A DNA stretch of 33,549 nucleotides from a virus (taxonomy: Duplodnaviria > Heunggongvirae > Uroviricota > Caudoviricetes). Positions 27,938 through 33,549 of this stretch are shown here, in pieces; the first letter of the stretch is position 1; the number at the start of each line of letters is the position of its first letter. Both the position numbers and the translations under genes were made by a program. The stretch lies in IMG/VR virus record IMGVR_UViG_2778261567_000022. The stretch is one strand, 5' to 3'. The notes under the pieces are model-generated. The model was not told the origin of the DNA. It did not search any database and saw only the letters and a program-made list of their open reading frames with translations.

Positions 27938-28344
27938 GCGTCGCACTCCCCGGCAGTCGCCGCCTGAAACGCCGCGCGGTACAGCACGAGAAGGCGCTGG
28001 TATTCACCGATAAAGTCTTCTGCGGTGTATATACCTTTCACGGCCACGCTGTGGTTTGTCATTTCCAGAACAAGCGTCATCTCTGACGACGACCAACTGA
28101 TGGCGGTGCTGTCGGTTCCGTTGATGTGAAATAAACCAAAACCATCACCTTTCACGTCCACGCGGTAACGGTCGTCAACGGTGAAGGAGAAATCCCCGTA
28201 TGTGGTGACGTGTCTGGCGGCCTGTTTACAGGCGCGGCGGTAATAGTCGTGCCAGTCGTTCAGGCGGGAAGCCAGCCGGGGATCCACTGCCCACATCCAG
28301 TTAAAAAAATCCTGAATATCTGAAAGTCCCTTAACGCTCTTCAT
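27934..28344 (-). CDS. hypothetical early protein, 136 aa
   Basis: ATG 28344 with GGAGG RBS; coupled to gpA start; occupies the position of P2 B/orf82-83 but no recognised similarity. Confidence 0.45.
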   Translation of the reverse strand: MKSVKGLSDIQDFFNWMWAVDPRLASRLNDWHDYYRRACKQAARHVTTYGDFSFTVDDRYRVDVKGDGFGLFHINGTDSTAISWSSSEMTLVLEMTNHSVAVKGIYTAEDFIGEYQRLLVLYRAAFQAATAGECDA

Positions 28345-28412
28345 GAGAACCTCCGGTAACAGACGTGCGGAAGCCTCCCGCGCACGGGTGCGGGATGGCT
28401 TCAGGATGTTGT

Positions 28413-28640
28413 TTAGTGGTGGTGTTGCTGGTTGATAAGGTCCTGCAGTTCTGCCAGGTCTTCGGCCAGATAGCTGAAGACTGCCGCGTAATACCCGGCA
28501 GCGATACCATCGTTAAGTCGATGTAATGCGTTTGACTGCATGATGAAGGTGACAGATGCAGCCCGATGGAGTCTGCGGTTAATTTCAGTGCGGATGTGAA
28601 GACGCTCAGCGCGGGCGCGCTGTTGTTTGCGGTTTGCCAT
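28413..28640 (-). CDS. hypothetical early protein, 75 aa
   Basis: ATG 28640 with AAGAGG RBS; basic N-terminus (MANRKQQRARAERLHIRTEINRRL), acidic C-terminus ending HHH. Confidence 0.4.
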   Translation of the reverse strand: MANRKQQRARAERLHIRTEINRRLHRAASVTFIMQSNALHRLNDGIAAGYYAAVFSYLAEDLAELQDLINQQHHH

Positions 28641-28960
28641 GGTGTTTGGCCTCTTGTAGTAAGTTCTGAAAACTCACCAACCCGAGGCGGTAATCTCAGG
28701 GTGGCGAGACGTACAGGGTTACCACAACCGGCTACAAGAGATCCCGGCCCGACCGAAGTCGGCCCCGTACGCCCCGCCATAATTCTGACGCGAAAAAGAC
28801 GTGGCGATACAGTACGCACAAAAAAACCGCTGGCGCGGTTGTGCGCTCTTGTAGTCGGCGGGGTGGTAATCCCGGCACCCGTTTTATGAGGTGCGGGAAA
28901 ACTGTAACCCGACCAGGCGAACGCTGGCAAGCGGTTTTTTTGTGTGTGCATGATGATCAC
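28641..28960. ncRNA. structured non-coding region inside the early operon (candidate small RNA or RNA regulatory element)
   Basis: About 320 bp without a credible ORF in a tightly packed operon; inverted repeat CTCTTGTAG ... CTACAAGAG (28644-28733); hairpins around 28816-28847 and 28921-28932, the latter followed by TTTTTTT on plus; CTCTTGTAGT occurs twice. Confidence 0.3.
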
Positions 28961-29515
28961 TCAGCCCGGTAACAGTTCACAGAGCACTGCGTCAGTTGCG
29001 GTGCGGCGGTGGTAGAGATGAAACGCCGCATCGTCGTTAATGTGCATCTGTATCGTGCTGTTGATGTGTTCAGCGATCATGCAGAACGTCATGTTGTGTA
29101 TGTCGCGTAGCTCCGTGACCAGCTCAACCAGATGATCGCTGTATCTGGCGCAATGGTGGTTCTCACCGCATTTTTTCAGGTTGTAACCCCGTTTACGCAG
29201 TGTGTACCTCACTGTGCACTCACTGCATCCCACTTCCAGAGCCATTTCCTGTGCGGTTTTTACATGACGGTTTTTAATAAGAAAGGCTATGGCTTCTGTA
29301 CTCAGTGGTGCTTTTCTCTTGCGGCCAATCAGCCCACGATTACGTAAAAAACGAATCCGGTACATAACTGCTTTACGGGTTCGCTGAATTCGTTCAGCCA
29401 TCTGATGTGTGTTGTGTTCCTGATAAAGCGAGATGAGTAACCGATCTTCCTGCTGTGTCCACGCCTTCACATGTGCCGGGTCTTTGCCCGGTATTCCCAT
29501 AGGTGTAAGTCTCAT
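28961..29515 (-). CDS. DNA-binding protein with two helix-turn-helix-like segments, 184 aa
   Basis: ATG 29515 with GGAGG RBS; Myb/SANT-like segment (WTQQEDRLLISLYQEHNTHQMAERIQRTRKAVMYRIRFL) plus second HTH-like segment (VKTAQEMALEVGCSECTVRYTLRKRG). Confidence 0.45.
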   Translation of the reverse strand: MRLTPMGIPGKDPAHVKAWTQQEDRLLISLYQEHNTHQMAERIQRTRKAVMYRIRFLRNRGLIGRKRKAPLSTEAIAFLIKNRHVKTAQEMALEVGCSECTVRYTLRKRGYNLKKCGENHHCARYSDHLVELVTELRDIHNMTFCMIAEHINSTIQMHINDDAAFHLYHRRTATDAVLCELLPG

Positions 29516-29541
29516 CGCGATAACCTCCGTTACTGTTCCGG

Positions 29542-29793
29542 TTATTCGGTCGGGTTCAGGGTGTAATCAATGGCGTTTTCAATACGGCGTTTAAGGTCCC
29601 GGTGGATCTCACCTGGTGTTACTGGTGCGCCCGGACCGCTCAGCGTTGCCGTGAAGTCGTCGATTTCCTCCAGTAACAGATTGCGGAGTACGGCGATGTG
29701 GTGGCGTGCGTCTTTACCGGGTTTACGTGCGTTGGTGGTGTACTTGCTGATCATGGCCGCAGCTCTCCGTGGGCTTGTGTTTCTGATTTCCAT
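29542..29793 (-). CDS. hypothetical early protein (start uncertain)
   Basis: ORF in the early operon; no motif. Confidence 0.3.
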   Translation of the reverse strand: MEIRNTSPRRAAAMISKYTTNARKPGKDARHHIAVLRNLLLEEIDDFTATLSGPGAPVTPGEIHRDLKRRIENAIDYTLNPTE

Positions 29794-30008
29794 GCCCCTC
29801 TGATGGCCGTTACTTCGCGAACGGTACTGGCAATCGCGGTGATTTGTGTGCCGTCAGCCAGATGGATGTAGAGATAATCAGCGTCTGACGGGCACGGCGT
29901 GGTCGTTGTGATCAAATGACTTTCCACCATGAACTCGTGGCCCACGGCATCGGTGAAACGCGTCAGCATGGTGGCGGTAAATATGCTGTTCATCGACCTG
30001 CCCCTCAC
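29751..30008 (-). CDS. hypothetical early protein (start uncertain)
   Basis: ORF in the early operon overlapping neighbours at both ends. Confidence 0.3.
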   Translation of the reverse strand: MRGRSMNSIFTATMLTRFTDAVGHEFMVESHLITTTTPCPSDADYLYIHLADGTQITAIASTVREVTAIRGAWKSETQAHGELRP

Positions 30009-30283
30009 GCTGAAAACTGGCCGGACTGTGCCCGGAGTTCTGCCAGTTCGCGCTCGAGGCGCAGGTTTTTCATATAGAGTTCACTGATGGTCTGTTTTGC
30101 TGTCACCATTGCCATGCTTTGCATTTGCAGGGCCATGTAGGTGGCAAAATGCTTGTCTTTATCTATTTCTGATATTCTTTCATCCAGTACATTGGTTATT
30201 TCAGTTAGCGTTTTTTGCGTCAATTCAATATGCGCCGGGTCGGTAAATAGTTTGTTTATTTCTGTAGGTGTATTGGTGCTCAT
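30005..30283 (-). CDS. hypothetical early protein, 92 aa, helical with coiled-coil-like C-terminus
   Basis: C-terminal LYMKNLRLERELAELRAQ heptad-like region. Confidence 0.35.
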   Translation of the reverse strand: MSTNTPTEINKLFTDPAHIELTQKTLTEITNVLDERISEIDKDKHFATYMALQMQSMAMVTAKQTISELYMKNLRLERELAELRAQSGQFSA

Positions 30284-30362
30284 AGCTGTTTCTCCGTTTC
30301 TGGATTGAGTGAAGCCCTCCGCAGATGCGGATGGTTTTAATGTTTTCTGTCCGGTTGGTTAT

Positions 30363-30488
30363 TTATTTACGGCGTTCTTCGCCAGTAAATAAAGATTCGA
30401 TATTTTTCAGCGCTTCGATAATTCGCATAATGCCAATCGCCATAAGCACGGAAATAATCAGAATCACCCATGAAAGAAATACGCTCAT
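30363..30488 (-). CDS. small membrane peptide, 41 aa (MSVFLSWVILIISVLMAIGIMRIIEALKNIESLFTGEERRK)
   Basis: Below the ORF-track threshold; ATG 30488 overlaps the upstream TGA stop (ATGA coupling); one hydrophobic helix then a charged tail. Confidence 0.35.
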   Translation of the reverse strand: MSVFLSWVILIISVLMAIGIMRIIEALKNIESLFTGEERRK

Positions 30489-30727
30489 GCTGCATTCCCA
30501 AGTGCGTATGGCTCAATATGTACTCCGCATTCTGCATCACGAACAAGCTCAGACAGCTCATTGAGAGCATCCAGATCGTCAGCGTAAAAAGCTGCATCAT
30601 ACAGGCTGCGAATTGCTCTGGTCAGTGAGTCTCTTGCTGCATGTTCTGCGGCAACTCCTGACATACTCAGGCGAAAGTTAAAGCGCTCAAGGGCTTTATT
30701 GATGAGAACCTTATATTCTTTGTCCAT
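30485..30727 (-). CDS. hypothetical early protein, 80 aa
   Basis: ORF in lower-GC part of the early operon. Confidence 0.35.
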   Translation of the reverse strand: MDKEYKVLINKALERFNFRLSMSGVAAEHAARDSLTRAIRSLYDAAFYADDLDALNELSELVRDAECGVHIEPYALGNAA

Positions 30728-30747
30728 TGTATTTCCCCGGAAAACAA

Positions 30748-31002
30748 TTAAACAAAATCGCTTAATGATTTACCTGATTCAATCTTCTCTATCGTGTCTT
30801 CAATAGCCATGTATGCGGCGTAATCGCCTGCGAGGTCGGCGCATTTCTGTAGCCCCTGTAATGCGCTGATGATATCTTTTTTTGTTTCCCATAAAGGTTT
30901 TGCTGTATTTAGTGCATTACGGGCATTATTAGCTATGAGCCGGTGTATGATAATTGTGTAGGCTGATGCTATCTCTGCCATGTCTTTTGTCGTTGTTGCC
31001 AT
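30748..31002 (-). CDS. hypothetical early protein, 84 aa
   Basis: ORF in lower-GC part of the early operon. Confidence 0.35.
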   Translation of the reverse strand: MATTTKDMAEIASAYTIIIHRLIANNARNALNTAKPLWETKKDIISALQGLQKCADLAGDYAAYMAIEDTIEKIESGKSLSDFV

Positions 31003-31005
31003 GTA

Positions 31006-31341
31006 TTAATTCCCCCATGGATGCTGAAAACTGCGACCGCTGATTAATCGGTCTGCCGTTCTTAATGCTTCGTGCAGGGTGAAATCCTGCCCGAACTGCT
31101 CATCTCCGCGAGTCAGGGAGTAACAGGTATTCCCGGTAATCGGGTTGCGTGCGCCCCGGTGAATGACAATTCCGGCATCATTAATCAGCCAGGTGTGTTT
31201 ACCGGTTTGTTTAACCGGATGCCCGTCAGGTGTGGCGTGCGTTTCCTGCAGGCTGTAGTGCGTGTTGCTGCGTGATGCACTGGTTGAGAAACGGGCTGCG
31301 TGGCGTTCTGTGCCAGTGCGGAAGTTGCGTCGCTGTGTCAT
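31006..31341 (-). CDS. hypothetical early protein, 111 aa
   Basis: ORF in the early operon. Confidence 0.35.
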   Translation of the reverse strand: MTQRRNFRTGTERHAARFSTSASRSNTHYSLQETHATPDGHPVKQTGKHTWLINDAGIVIHRGARNPITGNTCYSLTRGDEQFGQDFTLHEALRTADRLISGRSFQHPWGN

Positions 31342-31393
31342 ATCGGAAAAACCCGCTTAAGTTAAAAGAATTGAAATAACGGTGTATTGGTAT

Positions 31394-31624
31394 TTATGCC
31401 CAGTTGTCTTTTCTTATTACTGTTTCATTCTGAAATCCTGTCTGCTCCATTGCATTTTTTAAGGACTCTTCTGTTTCAAATGTCACAACGATGCAATGGG
31501 TCGGGTAATGGAAATACAAATCGTTGCCAGCCCGAACAATGGCATCTAAGTTCTGATTACAGATTATTACTGAAGCGTCGTCGCTTATTTTTATTCTTTG
31601 TCTGATTTCCGTGTGTTTAATCAT
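31394..31624 (-). CDS. hypothetical early protein, 76 aa
   Basis: First ORF after the cox-like gene. Confidence 0.35.
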   Translation of the reverse strand: MIKHTEIRQRIKISDDASVIICNQNLDAIVRAGNDLYFHYPTHCIVVTFETEESLKNAMEQTGFQNETVIRKDNWA

Positions 31625-31654
31625 CTTGCCCCTCCAATGATTGCCAGTTCTATA

Positions 31655-32080
31655 TCACGCAGCTTTATTACTGATGCGTTTATTCCGTGAACCAGCTGCT
31701 GGCTTAAATAAAAAAAGTCGGTTTTCCCATTCGTGCCATTCTTGCGGTGCGTTTTCAGTGAGTCGATCGCAGGCTTCATCCCACGCTTTCCGGTTGATGT
31801 AGAGTTCGGCGTTTCCGCCAGGCTTGAGAGGGTCCGCCATGTACACAGCGGGTAATTTCCCTGCTTTTGCCATGCTCACGATGGCGTCAACGGTCTTGCC
31901 GATATACATCGCAAACCCTTCTTTTGACAGGAGATGAGAAGGGTTTTGTGAAAGCCGGATTTCCTGGCGTTCAGGGGCTTTGCGGCCGGTCTTCAGGTGT
32001 GCGGTTTCTGGCGCATCTGTCAACTGATCGCACTGTGTTTCGGCAGGCGATTCAGGCGCGTTTTGAGTGACTTCTTGCAT
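31655..32080 (-). CDS. cox: Cox-like excisionase / early-promoter regulator, 141 aa
   Basis: Divergent from C with about 107-bp intergenic region; start at ATG 32080 with GGAGGA RBS; central segment MYIGKTVDAIVSMAKAGKLPAVYMADP resembles P2 Cox (IGKSTGAVRRMIDKGKLPVIDMTDP); longer than P2 Cox. Confidence 0.55.
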   Translation of the reverse strand: MQEVTQNAPESPAETQCDQLTDAPETAHLKTGRKAPERQEIRLSQNPSHLLSKEGFAMYIGKTVDAIVSMAKAGKLPAVYMADPLKPGGNAELYINRKAWDEACDRLTENAPQEWHEWENRLFLFKPAAGSRNKRISNKAA

Positions 32081-32187
32081 CTGGTATCCTCCGTTATTGG
32101 CCCCTTTTTCGAATAGGGACCATGTAGAACCAATTGCGACTATTCTTGTGTTGCTATACACAAAAATTATTGGAGATTAGAAAAATT
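32081..32187. promoter_or_regulatory. immunity switch region: divergent early (Pe) and repressor (Pc) promoters/operators
   Basis: Position between divergent cox-like and C genes, as in P2; individual elements not verified. Confidence 0.45.
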
Positions 32188-32487
32188 ATGTCAATACCGC
32201 AAAATGAGAAATTAAAACTTATCAGAGAGTCCGAACGGATGAAAATGAAGGAACTATCTGATTTAATTGGAATTAATTACTATACATATCATGGCTATGA
32301 AAGTGGGAAATCTAAGATGCCTCTTGATTTTGGGATCCTTCTTTTGCGGCACGCTCGTTTCCGTAAATACCGTGACTGGTTTTTGTTCGATGAGGTCGAA
32401 CCAAAGGCCGGGCAGGTGGTACCGGCTCTCGCACACATTGGGCAAAGCGAAGCGGAATCATCCCACTCCGGCAAGAAGACTGGTTAA
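32188..32487 (+). CDS. C: immunity repressor (P2 C-type), 99 aa
   Basis: ATG 32188; same length as P2 C and strong C-terminal match (GQVVPALAHIGQSEAESSHSGKKTG versus recalled P2 GQIAPALAHFGQNETTSPHSGQKTG). Confidence 0.8.
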   Translation: MSIPQNEKLKLIRESERMKMKELSDLIGINYYTYHGYESGKSKMPLDFGILLLRHARFRKYRDWFLFDEVEPKAGQVVPALAHIGQSEAESSHSGKKTG

Positions 32488-32553
32488 CGGTCCATCTGGC
32501 CTTTATTTCTCAAAATTGTGATCAAGATGATGTTTTCATTGGGGGGCTTCCTT

Positions 32554-33549
32554 ATGTCGATTAAGAAGCTCGCTGATGGCAAATACTGTGTGGACGTGCG
32601 GCCTGCTGGATCTGAAGGAAGAAGATTTCGGCGGCGATTTCCTACCCGTGGTGAAGCGGCGATGTATGAACGCCATGTTCTGACGCATTATCACGATAAG
32701 GACTGGGTCGAAAAACCTATTGAACGTAAAGCGTTAAGCGATCTTCTGGAACTGTGGTGGGTGTACCACGGTAAGAATCATCGTTATGGCGCGATGAATC
32801 GGGTCAGAATTGAAGCGGTTCTTCGTGATATGCAAGAGCTTGGTATTAACAGAAGTGACCACTTAACCCGAAAAAATATTATCAGATATCGCCTTGAATT
32901 AATGAATCGCGGAATTAAGCAGTCAACGGTAAATCGTTATTGTGCAATGATGAGTGGTTTCTTTGAAAAGCTGATTGATGTTGAAGAGTTTGTGGGTGAT
33001 AACCCGTTTCACGAGATACGCAAGCTAACAATTAATCAGCCGGAAATGGCTTATCTTGCACATGATGATATTCCCAGGCTAACCGCACTTTTATCTGGCG
33101 ATAATCTTAAGGCTGTATTGTTAAGCCTGGCTACAGGCGGGCGCTGGGGTGAAGTTGCCAATATTAAAGGTGAACACATAATTGGTGGGAAGGTTATTTT
33201 CATGGAGACAAAGAATGGATCGCGGCGGGTTATTCCTATAGCTAAAGATCTTGAATCTCTGATTAAAGTCAAAGCGACTGGAAGATTAATGAACCCCAGT
33301 TATGCGATAGTCAGAAGTGCAATAAGGACTGTGCGGCCTGATTTACCAGTCGGTCAGTCTGTGCATGTTTTACGGCACACATTCGCAACTCATTTCATGA
33401 TAAATGGAGGGAACATTATTACCCTTCAGCGTATTTTAGGGCACAGCACAATTCAGCAAACAATGACCTATGCGCACTTTGCACCTGATTATCTCCAGGA
33501 CGCGGTAAGGTTCAATCCGGTTGCGGAGTTGTCCAGATTTTGCCCATAA
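32554..33549 (+). CDS. int: tyrosine integrase (P2 Int-like)
   Basis: ATG 32554 (MSIKKLADGKYCVDVRPAG...) and C-terminal catalytic region HVLRHTFATHFMINGGNIITLQRILGHSTIQQTMTYAHF closely matching recalled P2 Int; stop TAA is the last three bases of the window. Confidence 0.9.
   Translation: MSIKKLADGKYCVDVRPAGSEGRRFRRRFPTRGEAAMYERHVLTHYHDKDWVEKPIERKALSDLLELWWVYHGKNHRYGAMNRVRIEAVLRDMQELGINRSDHLTRKNIIRYRLELMNRGIKQSTVNRYCAMMSGFFEKLIDVEEFVGDNPFHEIRKLTINQPEMAYLAHDDIPRLTALLSGDNLKAVLLSLATGGRWGEVANIKGEHIIGGKVIFMETKNGSRRVIPIAKDLESLIKVKATGRLMNPSYAIVRSAIRTVRPDLPVGQSVHVLRHTFATHFMINGGNIITLQRILGHSTIQQTMTYAHFAPDYLQDAVRFNPVAELSRFCP

Larger units (their letters stand above)
2695..33549. mobile_element. P2-like temperate myovirus prophage (left boundary approximate; right end at or beyond the integrase)
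   Basis: Contiguous P2-type modules: int, C, cox, gpA-like, Q/P and O/N/M/L, ogr-like, lysis and tail genes; GC-rich versus the AT-rich left flank. Confidence 0.8.

Noticed and set aside
28331-28960. 209-aa minus-strand ORF spanning the structured non-coding region
   Set aside because: Pro/Arg/Thr-rich translation, out of frame with the well-supported 75-aa gene it overlaps.
30367-30600. 77-aa ORF overlapping the end of the 80-aa early gene
   Set aside because: No RBS and mostly overlaps a better-supported gene; the coupled 41-aa frame is preferred for the non-overlapping part.

Overview
Almost the whole window (about 2.7-33.5 kb, roughly 55-60% GC by eye) is a P2-like temperate myovirus prophage, read mostly on the minus strand. 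The right end carries the immunity and integration module: a P2 C-type repressor, a divergent Cox-like gene, and a P2-type tyrosine integrase whose stop codon is the last base of the window. Leftward follow a long early operon (many small ORFs, a roughly 320-bp structured non-coding stretch, a gpA-type HUH rolling-circle initiator), then the packaging and capsid cluster (P, Q and an Ogr-like zinc-finger activator on plus; O-N-M-L on minus). The tail module is not in P2 order: R-like, S-like, sheath, tube, then a lysis cassette (holin, an embedded DPPY DNA methyltransferase, M15 endolysin, overlapping spanins), a tail assembly chaperone with a -1 frameshift site, tape measure, Mu-like baseplate genes, tail fibre and its chaperone, and finally hub/spike-like genes. 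The left 2.7 kb differs in composition: the 3' part of an AT-rich gene with a BRCT-like segment, two tandem copies of a roughly 415-bp hok/sok-like type I toxin-antitoxin locus on the minus strand, and a roughly 650-bp iteron-rich non-coding region that probably holds the prophage left boundary. No rRNA, tRNA or CRISPR array was seen. All protein calls rest on reading the supplied translations and recalled family signatures; no database search was run. The best candidates for something undescribed are the tandem hok-like modules with their AT-rich partner genes, the iteron block, the structured non-coding region in the early operon, the three genes downstream of gpA, and the methyltransferase inside the lysis cassette.
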